From: Chromera velia
Taxonomy: Eukaryota
Length of the DNA: 48,274 bases
Reading direction: 5' to 3'
NCBI GenBank assembly: GCA_018398765.1
Contig: JAHBMJ010000427.1
Location: 1 to 48,274, forward strand
The notes beneath the pieces were generated by a model. It worked only from the letters and a program-made list of their open reading frames with translations, did no database searches and was not told where the DNA came from. Below are positions 10,480-24,115 of the stretch, piece after piece. Both the position numbers and the translations under genes were made by a program. Each line of letters opens with the position of its first letter. Position 1 is the first letter of the stretch.

Positions 10480-13400
10480 TCAAGTGAAATTGGCTGCCTC
10501 TCTGTGTCTCCGCCGTCTGCCTTCGCTGCCACTCGCGGCGCTTCTTGACGCAGACGCGGACCCACTCGCACTGCCTCCAGGAAGCGGCAGAGGCAACGAA
10601 ACGTCGTCAGACGACGAGTCGTGGAACGGCAAGCTCCCCACCCCCCCACCCCCTGGAGAAGCAGAAGCACCCCCTGGAGGTCCACCCCTCCCACTCGCAC
10701 TACCACTTCCCCCCCCTCCTGCCTTTTTGAAAGGATTCGACCCCCTTCTAGGAAAATCTGGAAGAGGAGGAAGCTCCGAAAGAATCCGAAGGGCCTCGGC
10801 CTCGTCTGCTGGGGCCGTGCCACTCCCACTAGTAGCAGAAGGGCGCCCCCCCACACCCGAACCGTCTCGGGGAGACGAGGCAGAGACGGAAGAGGAGAGA
10901 CCAACAGGGAGGGCGGGGGAATAGTGGTCACCCCTGCCAAGTCCGCTCCCCCCCCCCAGTGAGTCGGAGTCTCTCCTTCCCCCCGCCCCAGCCAGGAGCT
11001 TCCCAATCGAGCTCATTTCACTGCTCTCCTTCCTCACAGGTGCCCCCTGAGCCTGGGGTTCCTGCTCCCCTTCTGAGGACATTCCTCTTCCAACTGACGG
11101 CCCGGGCCTGCCGCTCGAAGGAGATGGGGAGAGAGACGCCGATGCCCCCCCCATGATATCGGGAGAGAGGCTACTTGACCCATCACTCTCCCCCTGACGT
11201 TGCTGCTGTGTCTGCTGGCCTGCGCCCTTCCCCCTGTGGGGATCCGTCACGCCGACAACAGCCAAAAGAGACTCGATGTCTGTGGGAGAAGAGTAGGAGC
11301 CTGTGTGGGAATCTGACGGTAGTTGGGGCAGAGAGCCTCCCTCTCTGTGTGAAGACGCGGCTGCAGCTGCGGCAATTGCAGCAGCCCCAGCGGTACCACC
11401 GGCACCGAACGAATACCGATCTGCACCTCCAAAACTAGTCCTCTCTTTCGCCTCTTCCTTTTCCTCTTCTCCTGTTGTCATTTCCATTTCATCTCCTGAA
11501 TTTTTCCATCTACTGTCACCTGCTGAACGCGTCGCCACAGACCCAAAAATGGCGTCGCCATCAACAGTCCGTCTCCCAAACCTTCCCGTGCTCCCGCTGC
11601 TATTCAACCCCCCCTCTGCATCTTCATTATCAGCTCTGCCTGCCTGTACATACCCATAGTCCGCCTCCACCCCCCCACTCTTTTCCGGCATGGGCGAATT
11701 GGAAGTGCCGAATCTGGCTGCTCCCGTTGTGACGTCTGCAGATGAAGACGGAAAAAGCATTTTGTTCGTCAACGTAAACGCTTCGTCGTTGGGACTTCCA
11801 TCAAATGTCGGAGATCCTGCCGAGCCCCATCTTTCTATCTCTATCTGTTGAACCTCTGAATCTCTGTGCTGTGGTTGTGGGTTTACAGTCACAGTGGGAG
11901 GTTGGGAGGCCACTGCTGCGCTTATCGCAAAGGCAGTGGCAGATGCGGGACGCGTATCCGGGCTCTGATTGACCCGAATGGAAGTCTGATCCCCACTCGT
12001 ACCGCTATTTTCTCTTCCTCCAGACTCCCCCCCCGTGACCCAGTGACGACTTTCTGCCTCCCCTGCTTGAGGAGAGGAGGAAGGTGAACCTCCAGCGTAG
12101 GGCGAGGTGAGGGAGACTCCTAAACCTAAGGCAGGGGTGAGAGAGCCACTGCCGTTTTCAGAGACGCTGGCTGGTTTCGGAGGAGACGTTTTGGCTTTTG
12201 GCTGAGTGAGCTGCTTCTTAGCAGAAGGAGATGCAGATGTGGCTGCTGCTCCTGCTGCCCCAATGTGTTTTGCTTTCGCTTTGGCCTTTCCTTTGGGGGA
12301 AGCTGCGGTTTTCTTCGGACTCGCACTTTTGTCGAGACTTGGGGTTTGAGCAGCGTCTTCATGGTTGTTTGGAAGGGATGCAATGGGGGCAGGAGAGAGG
12401 GAAACGGACCTGGAACCGTACAGCTCATCTCGCATCTTTTCCCTCTCCCTCTCGCGATCCCTCGCTGCTCCTTCCTCCTCCCCTGGAGTCCCTCCCCCCC
12501 CATACAGAGCTACTCTGTCTCTCTCCCGCTCCTCTTCAGTCTCGCTGGCCCGGAGTGTTGCGAATCTGGAGGCGGCCCCTGCCGACCGTGCAGGAGAGGT
12601 TGACAGTGGGACTGCAGGCCTCGAGTGGGAGGGTGAGAGGGAGGCGGGGGAGGTGGGGGAGGGAAAGGGTCCCTGGTTCGTCACGTACTCACGAAGTGCG
12701 CGTCTGCAAAATACAGGAAAGAACAGAAGAAGGCATGTCAAAGAACTGTATCGCACGCAACACAACGGCGAAAGACCGCCGACAAAAAAACTCTTAAGAA
12801 ATTGTTCCCTTCACAAGTTGCTTGGCTTTTTAAGGAGCCTCAAACGTGGACAGCCACACAACATCCCATTCCAAGAATTTCTTCTTAAATTGACTCGTGC
12901 CTCCCTCCTTCCTTGCCTCCTTTCTGAACCTCTCAACTGACGGACTTTTCCCTTCTCTTGGCAGCATAGAACCAGCCCCGTGCAGCCTCTCTCAACTGAC
13001 TGACTTTTCCCTTCTCTTGGCAGCATAGAACCAGCCCCGTGCAGCCTCTGCCGGAACTTCTGTCTTTTTCCTTCGTCCCGTCCGGTCTTTCCCCTTGAGG
13101 TCGTACATCTTCATCAGTTCATCCAAAATCTTCTCACTCGTGCCCCCCTGCCCCGTCTCAGGCCGCACCGCCTCATGCCCATGGGAGATGGGGTCCGCCT
13201 TCGCCAACGCTGTGCGGAGTCGTCTGATCTCGGCACAACACGCCAACAACTCAGCACGGTGCCTGCAGGCAGGCGCGCTCAAATCACACCGAGGCAGGCA
13301 GGGAGGCAGACTCACACTTATTGCAAGCTTAATCTGTCCATCTATCTGCATTTTCCTTTCTACCTTCTCAAATCTTCACTCTCTTTCTTCCTGCATTCCC

Positions 13401-16400
13401 GACGCAACCGATGAAAGATACACAAAGAAACAGAGAGATGAACAGACAGAAGGACTCTGTGTTGCTTTCTGTCCCCTAGTGGACAGAGTGGAAGGCAGAC
13501 AGACTAAATACAAGAGAGACAGGGCAGACACAGGGACGGAAAAATAAATCCATGGTGAAGGAAGGAGAGAGGCAAGACCGCTCACTGACTCACACTGCCG
13601 TCGAGTCATGCTGGCGCATCTGCATCTCCTCCACCAGCTCGGCATTCGTTGACAGCATCTTCACGTACCTGAAGGAAAAAAACAATAACAAAAGAGAGAA
13701 GAAGACTTACATAGATAAGAATCACATGGGCAGGCTCAAAAGAGAGAGTGCGTGGAGAAAAGTAAGTCTGGGAAAAAAGGGAGGAGGGAACAACGGAAGG
13801 AAAAGGCTTGATAACTGCCAGCGCTTTTCTGGTTCTGAAGGACACAACCGAAGATAAGCGTTTGGAAAAGACTGAGCCAAGCGGCAGGGGTGCTCTGGCT
13901 GACTGACTCCTTTTCTTCTCTCTCCCTCCTCCCAGCCACAGCGTCAACCCTCCCCTCAGCACTCTGGAGAGATGACCGGAGAGAACTGATCTCCTGCACC
14001 CGTTGCTGGAGCTCTGTCTCTGCGTGGGAGGCTCGGCGCTGTACAGATACATAGAGAGAAAGAGGGACGGTGAGTGAGTCTGAGAGAGAATGTGCGCGCG
14101 CACACACACATAGAGAGAGAAAGAGAGGGGGAGAATCTTCAATGGCGGGTGATTGAATCAACTGAATATCAACAGAAAGGAAGAGAGAGGGAGAAGGGAC
14201 GGAAAAAAGAAAGTCGAGACATCCTCAAAGAGTCTCATACGCACACCCTCCTCACCTGCTGAACGAAGAGAAAATGAATCGCAGGCAAACAGAGAGACGC
14301 ACCCACGCTAACGCTACTCTTTGCAGACAGGCACATACAAACAACCACCCACAGTAAACCCTCCTTCCAGCTGCCGACCTCTGCCTCCCGCTTCTCTCGA
14401 ACGCTCCTGTCAAGCACCGACTCCACTTCCTTCGTGCGCCTGCACTCATTCCCCCACACGCTCAAGACACAGACAGCAATAGAAGCATATGAACAGAAAG
14501 AGAATCCTGTGCCATCAAGAGAGGCTGGCACTCAGAGCGAAGTCGAGTGAGGAAAAAACAAGCGATAGAAGGCAAGCAATAAAACAAGCCAGAAGAAGAA
14601 AATACGAGGAGTTAGACAAAAGAAATCCATAAAGAAAGAAAGAAAGAAAGAAAAAAAGTCGTTTTCCTGCATGGCCTCACAGATCAATCGACCCACTCAC
14701 TAACTCACTCGATGAGTCTCTGGACTCCTGCCCTGTCCAGCAGCTGTTCTGTGCCCCCCAACGCTGGATTTTCTGTGACCCCGACGTAGTCCTTCAGTTT
14801 TCTTTGGAGGACCGCTTTCTCTCTCTCAACCCTCTCCCTCTCCCTCCGCTCTTTCTCCGCCTCCACCGCCAACAAACGGAGGGCTCGATCCTTTGCCTCC
14901 ACCTCCACACGCTGCCGCTTCACCTCAGCATCCAGAAGACCGGTCGCGTGGCCGCCTGTCAGACAGGGATGGGTTGTTTATACGGTGATATTTGGGCATG
15001 GACGTCTGCTTTCTCGTTTCGTTCGTTGGTTGGACAATGGCGTGTTGATTCTCTTGCGGAGTGAAGAGAAAGACAATCAGCTTTTTTCTTTTCCTACTTG
15101 TTCCGTATTGAGAAGAGAAGAGAAGAGAAGAGAAGAGAAAAGAAGTGAAGGCATTTCAATCCTGTCAGTCAGAGTGTCTAGGCAGGAGGAAGGGGAACGA
15201 CAGAGAGGTGTGCGAAGTGAAAGACCGGAGGGGGGTTCAAAGGGAGAAAGGGACGAACGAAGAGATGAGAAAGTAACAAACGAACAACAAGATGAAGCGA
15301 AACGCAGGACAGACTTGCAGAAGTGAGTGACATGTGCGTGCAGAAATTCGACGAGAAAGCCTGAGGCATCCGAATCCGATCATACTCACTAACTAACTAA
15401 CTAATTGACTAACTGATTGACTGACTTTCGAGTTCTGCCTGTGTCACGATAGAGGCTGCCAATTGCTGCTGTTGTCGGGAGACGAGCCACTCGAGTTCCT
15501 GGACCTTCGCTTCTCTTTCAGCGACCTTCCTGCACGTGGACGTTTGAACATGCTGACTTGTACGCATCTATCGATCCGGGTAAATTCGTTAAACTGGACA
15601 GAAACAAAGACGCACGCCAGAATCTCATGCGGATCCACACAGCCCCAACCTCCCCCCCACCCCCCATGCACACGGACCTCTCTAGTCTCTCATTCACTTC
15701 CAGCAGGCCCTCATTGCCCTTCACCCCAGGCCCGGCTCCTCTGTTCCTTGCTGCCAGCTCTCGGAGAGACGAAGCTCCTCCCTGAGAAGAATGTTATTTA
15801 TGAGGTTGACTGATCGCATGCAAAAGGAGAGTGACAGCATTCGAAGCAAAAGCAACGGAAACTAAAACTACCGCCGTGTCTGCCCGCAATTCCAACACAT
15901 CGACAGATGGCACCCTGTGGGCAAAAAGAAAAAGACGGAGCTACACGATTGGCAATGAAACCTTAAATAAAAGGAGGGAAATGAAAAAAAAAAAATCCCA
16001 CAGACCGTCAACGAAAAGAAAAGAACAACGCAAACACGCAGGGGGTCCGTCCACAGCAACGCAAAGCAGAGAACAGCAGCAGCAGCAGCAGAAGAAGAAG
16101 AAGAAGAAAAAGAAAGCAGAAGCAGAAGAAGAAGAAGAAGAAGATGATGAAATCTCACCTCTGAAGGCTGGTGACTCTGTGCGAGACCCGCAAACGCCCC
16201 TCCTCCCCCTGCGCCTCCCCTGGAGAGCCCTGGACCTCCCGCGTCTCTCGTTTCTGCCCCCTCCTTCAACTTGGCAACCTGATGATTGTTTTCTCCAAGC
16301 AGCGATCGAACAAGCAATTCACTTTCATTAAGGGCGGCAGAGGAGGGGCCATCCGATACAGTAGAGAGACAGACTATATGTTTCCTCTTCTCCCTTCTTT

Positions 16401-18218
16401 TCTACATGTAGAGAGACAGACAGACAGACTCCCTCAACATGTGAAATGACATTTATCCAGGACGCAGAGCAGGCAGAGAACTGGAGAGAGAAGAGGTGAG
16501 ATGCAGACAGACGAGGGAGTGAGAACGACGAAGAACTCATGGAAACAGAAACGAGAGAATCTCTTCTCTCCGCACGAAATGCATGAAGAAGAAGCCAACC
16601 CGAGAGAACGGATGAGACTTGACGTGACAAAGAAACTCACGACGAAGGGTGATTGGTCATCTTTCCTTCTCTTCCCGACAGAAAGAAAAGAAAGAAAGAA
16701 AGAAAGAAAGAAAAGACAGGCAGGAAGGCAAGTAGGCAGACAGTCTGACCTCGTGTTTGAGTTTCACGTTTTCCGTCTCCGCTTTTTGCCTTTCCTGTCT
16801 GGCCGTCTCCGCTTCTCTCTTCAACTCTCCCACCACTCTACGCAGACCATCTGTCTCCGCCTTCAACCGCAACTCCTCAGCAAGTCCCCCTCCAACCCCA
16901 CTGCCTGCCGACGCAGCCAAAGCGGCCAATTTTACCTCGAGTCCCGCCTTCTCTTCTTCCAGCGCCGTCCGCTCTTTTTCTTCCCGATGCAAACGGGCCC
17001 TCAGGTCGCTTAGCTCGGCATCCCGACGAGCCACACCCTCCTGGAACCATACCAAAACATGTACACGTACGTGGAAGCGTAAAGACAGACAGCGCATGCA
17101 GTACATCACTTTAGCTCGGAATTTCCAGACACGCCTCCTTTCTTAGCTCGAAATCTCTATGCCTACCCTCTCCCTTGAAGGTCAACAAAAAAATGAGAAT
17201 CATGGGGAGCTCACCGTGCTCCTCAAGTATGCCTTGTCCGTATTTTACGCGAGCACCCAGGCCAAATGCAAAAAAAAAACACAAAAAGAACGAAGACTCA
17301 GCTGGACCATGTGACAAACTCAAAACAAAAGACAGACAAACCTGCAAAGCGATGACGATGCCGGGATCGGATTGTTGTGACCTCGCGGTCATCTGCTGTG
17401 CTGCTTTTTGCTTTGCCGCGCTGATTCTCTCACGAGGGGACGAGCCTTCCTCCCCCCCCCCTTCCTCCTTATCCAAGAGCATGTCCGTCAAGTCATACAC
17501 TTCCTGTTCAAGTTTCTTCAAATTTTCCTGCAATTCCTCATTCTCGGCCTCCAACTGACGCACGCGCTCCGACGATCCCCCTCCACCCACAACTGCCCCT
17601 GCCGCTGCCCCCCCTCCTGCTGCAGCCCCCTTCTCTGCAGCGATCAGTCGGGTCTGCAGAGATTGAATCTGTTCCAGATGCTGCTGCCGCTGTCTCTCTC
17701 TGCAGGAAGAATATATGGAAGAAAGAAAGGAAGAGGAGCAAGACGTCAGGCAATGGTAAAGGCATGCAACAATCACGACAAGAACGCAAGGAAGAGACTG
17801 GACGGGTCGCATGTCGAGAGGAATCAGGGAGCGGCTCAACAGCTACGCCTAAGTCTTTCTTTCTCTCTCTCACCCACACACACTTCGACCGTCATTACCG
17901 ATTTCCCCAACCCCCACCCTCCCAGTCCTCCACAATATCTCCCTCCTATGCGCACCCCCAAACTACCGAGTGAAAGCAATAACGCCCCCCCAGCGGAGTC
18001 GCCTCCTCACTCACTCACTCGTCTGCCAATTTCTTTCTGTCCGCCTCGATGGTGCCCTTCAGCTGTTCCTTTTCGATCCTCAACATCTCAAGCTCTGAGT
18101 CTCTGCAGAGGCAGACACACACACTCACGGACAAACTGTATGTTTCTTCTTCTCCCTTACACACACACACACACTGACACTGGTACACACACATGCAATA
18201 CACGCCACATGCAAAGAG

Positions 18219-18264
<46 letters not shown>

Positions 18265-19133
18265 CAGACTCTCCATATCCCCCCTGACAAATCCGCTTGC
18301 AACCTTTCACACATTGAACCCCCTCCCGGAAAATTAGACACGGAAGACGGTGCAAATCCTCAAGTGATCGCGAGCGAAAAGCACTCAGAAGATGCCGTAG
18401 AGAAAGAATGGAACACATCTCTTGTCTGTCTGCGTGATGGCACATCCCCAAGCGGTCGGTGGACTGTCATGACTCTGACACGCAAGGTGAAGGTGTGCCT
18501 TTTCTCTTTTCTACCTCCCTCTGCCGGACTGCCTTTCTTCCCTCCTTCTTTCTTTCCGACTGACATTTCCGCCAACTTCCGTGCTTTCGGTCTCAAGCTC
18601 TCCACCTCTTTCTGGAGCTCATTGTTCCTCGTGATCTGCTCCTGCAGCGCTGCCTTGTTCCCTTCCGCTGTGCCCTGGAGACCCTGCAACTCCTCGTCGA
18701 GGGCCTCGTTTTCTGCCTCCAGCTGGTGGACTTTTTCTGCAGGCAGGCAGGCAGATAGACAGCCAGCCAGCCATTCTTCTGTGTATCAATGAGCAGGAGA
18801 AAGCTGTGCGTGGAAATGCATCCAGTGTCCGTTTCGCTTGCACGTGTTGATTGATTATCTATTTGTGTGGATGGAATGGTCGGGTGGATGGATGGATCTA
18901 CTCAGGGCAACAGACGCTCCTTCTCTCCTCAGGCCGTGGGGTCTCTACAGATCTCTTCTCCCTTCCTGTACGGAGTTCATGAGAATATTCCGACTCTCTT
19001 AGCTAGTGTGTTGACTGGAAGGTCAGTGCCACTGACTTCTCCATTCTTCGACAGTCTTCGGTTCGTCTTCCTTGTCCTTCTTCACCTTGTTTTTTCGCTT
19101 GGACACCCCAAGCATCCGACCGATCGAAGACAT
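10480..19133 (-). CDS. Multi-exon protein with N-terminal coiled coil and long Ser/Gly/Pro low-complexity tail. Approx. exons 19133-19037, 18736-18565, 18102-18019, 17699-17342, 17040-16750, 16278-16159, 15781-15678, 15529-15426, 14955-14709, 14439-14379, 14038-13908, 13668-13594, 13262-13005, 12703-10480
   Basis: ATG in ACCATG context (MSSIGRMLGVSKRKNKVKKD); GT..AG introns with matching phases at every junction checked; heptad-rich E/K/R/L/Q exons; 2.2-kb terminal exon. Confidence 0.85.
12930..13049. repeat. 59-bp tandem duplication spanning an exon 3' end and splice donor
   Basis: CTCAACTGAC(G/T)GACTTTTCCCTTCTCTTGGCAGCATAGAACCAGCCCCGTGCAGCCTCT at 12932 and 12991, one mismatch. Confidence 0.95.
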
Positions 19134-19374
19134 GGTTCCCCGATCGTTTGGCCTCTATCAGCTTACTTTGTGGATGTTCAGAGGACAAAAGCACTCCTGA
19201 GAAAAGACTGACAACCCACAAGACTTTGGTTGTTGCTTGGAAAAGGAGACGAGAGGGGTACAACAGATTTGACTCCAGAAGCAACAAGGCAAACACGGAT
19301 CCAACAAATCGGTATCTTCTTCTGCAGTGTGTGAGCACAGCTGCTATCAGTCCACACATGTCATGTGTCACTTG

Positions 19375-19405
19375 AGTGGCGCCATGTGGCGCCACAATGG
19401 CGCCA
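19375..19405. promoter_or_regulatory. Three TGGCGCCA palindromes in the divergent intergenic region
   Basis: GTGGCGCCATGTGGCGCCACAATGGCGCCAC lies between head-to-head genes; function inferred only. Confidence 0.3.
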
Positions 19406-19445
19406 CAAAGTCAGAGGATTCTTGCAAGGGGAGAATGAATATCCA

Positions 19446-19790
19446 GGCTAGCTGGCCCGGAGGCTGGGTGACGTACCCGCGGACGGGCGCGGGGGGTGCA
19501 TGCATGGGCCAGCATGGCGGGGGNNNNNNNNNNNNNNNNNNNNNNNNNNNNNNNNNNNNNNNNNNNNNNNNNNNNNNNNNNNNNNNNNNNNNNNNNNNNN
19601 NNNNNNNNNNNNNNNNNNNNNNNNNNNNNNNNNNNNCCGCCCGCCGCGGTCCGCCCCGCGGATCGAAAGCTTTCCGGGGCCATGCATGCATCTTGAGCCT
19701 AGCTGGCCGGGTGCCGCGGAGTCGCGGACCCCGGCTGAATTGCATGTCCTCCATGCACAACACGATCTCTCAAGGACCCCGGCATTTTAA
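19446..19790. repeat. Short GC-rich MITE-like repeat containing an assembly gap (N 19524-19636)
   Basis: GCATGCAT motifs and CTAGCTGGCC twice; similar to 1225-1533. Confidence 0.4.
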
Positions 19791-19994
19791 AGACAAACTT
19801 CTGTCTCCGGCATTCTCCAGCCTATACAAACCTTATCTAGACAAGAGTCAGAACAGCCCTGACACCCTGCAAACGAAACCTGAGCGCATCCCCTTGTGTA
19901 TCGAAAGGACAGGTAGAAGCATTTGCACGGTGGCAAACGGCCGTGAAGAGTGAGGCGAAGAGAAGGACGGTCCTCAGTAGTGTTCTGAGGCAGG

Positions 19995-21185
19995 ATGTGT
20001 TTGAGTCGCTGTCTCCTCCTCTGTGGAGTCCTGGCAAGCACTTCTGTGGGGTTCCTCTTGACTCCCTCAAGTGTGCGTGAAAGGTATAGGCCGTCTCCTG
20101 TCATCAGGAGACACGAGCGTGTCCAGTTGTCAGCAGGTGCAGTTGGGACGGCGGACGAGACGGCAACCGCGTCTCGTGAAGTGATTCCGAAGCGGACAGA
20201 GAAGAAGAACGTCCTCATTCTGGGCCACTTCAATGCAGTTGCCGATGAAGTTACGTGGCTTTTTTCGAAGGATCGATGGGTAAAGGACAGTGAGGAGACG
20301 GCGTATGAGTACAACGTCAAGGCCTTCTTCCACCTGAATATCGACATCCGCACTCCTGAACTTCCCAAAGCACTTCGCTCTCAGCCTCGTGCAGACGTGA
20401 AGTTCTATGACTTCCGAGCTGCCAAGTCGATGGGACAGATCATCAAGGGTGCTGTCGAGGAGGCGGACATCATTGTCTTTGCACCAGAGGACGGGACCGA
20501 ACCAGAGGCAGCCTTCGACGATGACGGGCTCCCCATCACGCAGGTAGACTTGAGGCGCAAGACCATGACCTTGGAGAACCTCCTCAACTTCCAATCAGAA
20601 GCAGACCCCAGAGCGGGCGAGAGCACCATCCCATTTTTTGATGGAAGTGATTACCTGAAGAAGGGAACAGAGGTCGGTCGGTCGGCTGTGGAGGAATTTG
20701 CTGCCTGGCATCAAATTCAGTTTCGGCTCTCCCCCTTGATTTTTCTTTTCTTTCTCCCTCGGGTGCCTTCCTTGTCTTGTGTCGTTGACTAAGTCGGCCT
20801 CCTTATTCTCCTGCCCAAACAATTTGTTGGTCTCACCCATCTCTCTGTCTCTTTCCCTCTTTCCACACAAACAAATGCCTTGATGCATGCATGAATGCAG
20901 CGTGCCAGGAACGCGGGCATTGACTGGAAGGAACTGATGGAAGAAATTTTGAACCCGATCGTGAGGGGGAATTCGAAATCGAAGGAGCCCCCCCTTGTTG
21001 TGCTTTCCCTCCTGCAACCTGAATTCTACAGGTGTGTGCACAGGCTGCGTGAGTGAATGAAACATTTGGCTGTGCGAGACGTTACGCGCATATGTAGGCA
21101 GCATGCGTTTCTCTGGTCGAATCAAGTCAATGCAACCCGGGAACCTTCATACTTTTTTGCAGAAAAATGGAAAGTCGCGCTCTTG

Positions 21186-21221
<36 letters not shown>

Positions 21222-21978
21222 TGTGTGTGTGTGTGTGTGTGTGTGTGAGTGTGTGTGTGAGTGTGTGTGTGTGTGTGTGTGTGTAGGTGTAGGGCTGTGT
21301 GTGTGTGTGACACCGGACATGACTCGCTCCGTGTTGCCACTTTCCTCTCAGTCCCCTCCTCTCCTCTGCTCTCCCTCTCCTCCTGTCTCCCTTTTATTGA
21401 CTGCAAGCTTCCTGTCAGGCTTGTGGTTTTTCTCCTTTATCGCATTGTTTGGATGGCACTTTCCATCCTTCCTTCCTTGCTTGCTTCCTTGCTTGTTCAT
21501 GCAGATTTGACTCCTCAGTGACTCCCCTGGACACTGCTCTCGAGCTGCTGCGGATTAAGAGCTCAGGCGGATCGTCATTCAAGACCCTCATCTTTCGACA
21601 CGGCAGGATGATCGGAGACACCCTCGGCCGAAAATTCCCGGCGTTCGTCTCCCCTCCTCTCAGACAGCCGGTCCTTGATGAGCAATACGGTCTCCAGGTC
21701 GGTGAAGGAAGTTTGGTCTGAATTAATGAAAATGAGGGTGTAAATGAATTCATTAAGTGAAACCACGTTTGCGTATTCATTTATGAGACAGAGGGAGATA
21801 GACAGGGGCCGGACCCCTGCTCCTCCAGGCAGAACGCACTGAGGGAGGCTTTCCTGACCGATCGATCGAAACGGTCGGGGGGGTCTGTGGAGGCCCTGAA
21901 AAGAGAAAATGCCAACTGAGAAGAGAGTCTTTGGCCTTGCTTCATCTCTGGGCCCTCGCACGTCTTCGTGTCGGTGAG

Positions 21979-22019
<41 letters not shown>

Positions 22020-24038
22020 ATGAGTGGAGAGCACTGAAGAAAGAGAACGATGAGTGAGTGCTGGTAAGTGTGGTCGGATTCTCCTGATGCTGTCTGTCTA
22101 GCATGTGACTCTGCTCAAAGGCCAGGGGAGCGTGCTTGCTTGTTTGGTACTTTCTCTCAGATGAGTGACAACGGATAGTTTGTGTGACGACTCTGTTTGC
22201 TGCTCGCTGAGTGCAGGGAGCCCGTATGACTTACAGAGGAACTGCCAGGGGTGACTTCGCCACTCGGAGAGATCACTTTGCAAGAGCGCTATTGGAGTCT
22301 CTTCACACAGACGTCAGTCAGCAGTCGAGGTTTCTTTCGTCTCACTTGGCGAGACTCGTTGGATTCTCCTTTGTGTGCTGGTAGGCACATCGGGTGTGTG
22401 CGTATGCAGCATTTCGGTGTCTGTGTGCTCATGTGCGTTTGTATCTGTATGGCTATCTGACTGCTCTCGCTCTCTCAGGTTCCATTTGACTCGGGCACAG
22501 ATGTGACGGTCGCGTCTGTGAAGGGCAAGGGCGCCAGGGTCTCGGATGCGGCTTGGAAGGAGATCGTGGCAAGTGTTGCGGAGAAAGCAAAAAACGATGT
22601 GAGTGAGTCAGTCAGTCGGCCAGTCCGTCCGTTCATTTGCTTTTTTCTGTCTCTTTTCTTGCTCAGCAACCTTCTGTCAGTCCCCGATAGAGACTGGAAA
22701 GATAGAATAGGACTAGAGTCTTTTTGGAAAAGCGATCGACATTTTTTCCCGATGAGAGAGAACTTGCACTTGGTTCTGTGGAAATGCTTTCGTTTTTCAA
22801 AGCTGGACACGGGCGCGCTTCCTGCTTTAGATGCTGCGAGGTGGAGGTGCGAATTTCCTTGTTTGCTTCAAGTGCGTGGACTTTTTTGATTTGTGTGTGT
22901 CCATTCAACGAACGAACGAACGAACAAACGAACGAACGAACTGCAGGAGAGTGGGGAGACCGAATGGGAATTCTCAGAGGCGCCGTCGAAGAGCTCGTTT
23001 TTTGGTCTGTTCGTCCGTCTGCCTGCCGGCCTGCCTGCCTGCCTACGGCCTTTGCCTGAGTCGCTGTGGGTCAGTGAGTTCGGTGGAGGGATGAGAAGGC
23101 AGAAAATCTTATTTTGAAGGTCTTGTTTCTTTTCGCTGACTGCAAGCAGGGGGCAGATGGGTAAGGGGGGCGAGAGAAGGCGATCAAACCTTGTGTTCTG
23201 CCGTGAAGAGAATCCACGTGTCGCGGGTCGGGAATGGGGTCTTCGTTCGTTTTGCGGTGTGTTACGGCAAACTGGATTGAAGTCCAATTTGAATGTTCCT
23301 TCCGCATAGATAACCGAATTTCTTTTCTTTCTTCTTTAATTTCTCTGTTCTCCTCCCTTCCTTTTGTCCTTCACTTTCTCCTGTTTCTCTGCAGCGTTTT
23401 TGAAGAAATTCGGAGCAGCCGCAGTGGGCGGAAATGTCAAGACGGCGTTGATGTCGTCACCATCTCGTTTTTCGCTTTTTGAGGTCACTCTCCTAACTTT
23501 TCCGTGCCTTGCTGTGCACTTCGGATCCTTTAGGAGCGTCATCTACAGTATGCCCGAAGCCTTTGTCTTTTCTTTTCTTTTTTTGTTTTGTATTTGCGGT
23601 GTACTAAGGGGCTCGTCACTTCTTGCAGAACCAAACGGCTGTCTCCTCTCTATTCGGTTCATTTTTCTGTTCATGTGCCTGCGCTTCCTTGCTGTCCACA
23701 AATTTGTTCTCTCTCCAAGTGAATCCGCATCTTTCAACTTTTATAGACGGGCCAAAAGAACAAAGAATGGAGGAACACGACAATAAAACTTGAAAGAAGA
23801 GTCTTTTCCTCCTGTCTATGCACGCCTCAGGATGCCAACACTGGTAGTTGGGGCATTCAGATTTTCTGGACGATCACCCCATTCACGCAAGAGGGGGAAG
23901 AGCGGCCTGTGGGGTCTTTGGCTGTGTACCTCGACAAAAAGAAGGGGGAGAAGGGAAAAGAGACTGAAGGAGAAGACGCCGGGGCTACGGAGGCAACCCT
24001 AACGTCAGTCTCTCTCTTTCTCTCTTGTGCTGCCTCTC

Positions 24039-24115
<77 letters not shown>

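Noticed and set aside
19524..19636. ORFs crossing the N run (also short ones at 38276-38454)
   Set aside because: Assembly gaps; frame continuity cannot be assessed.
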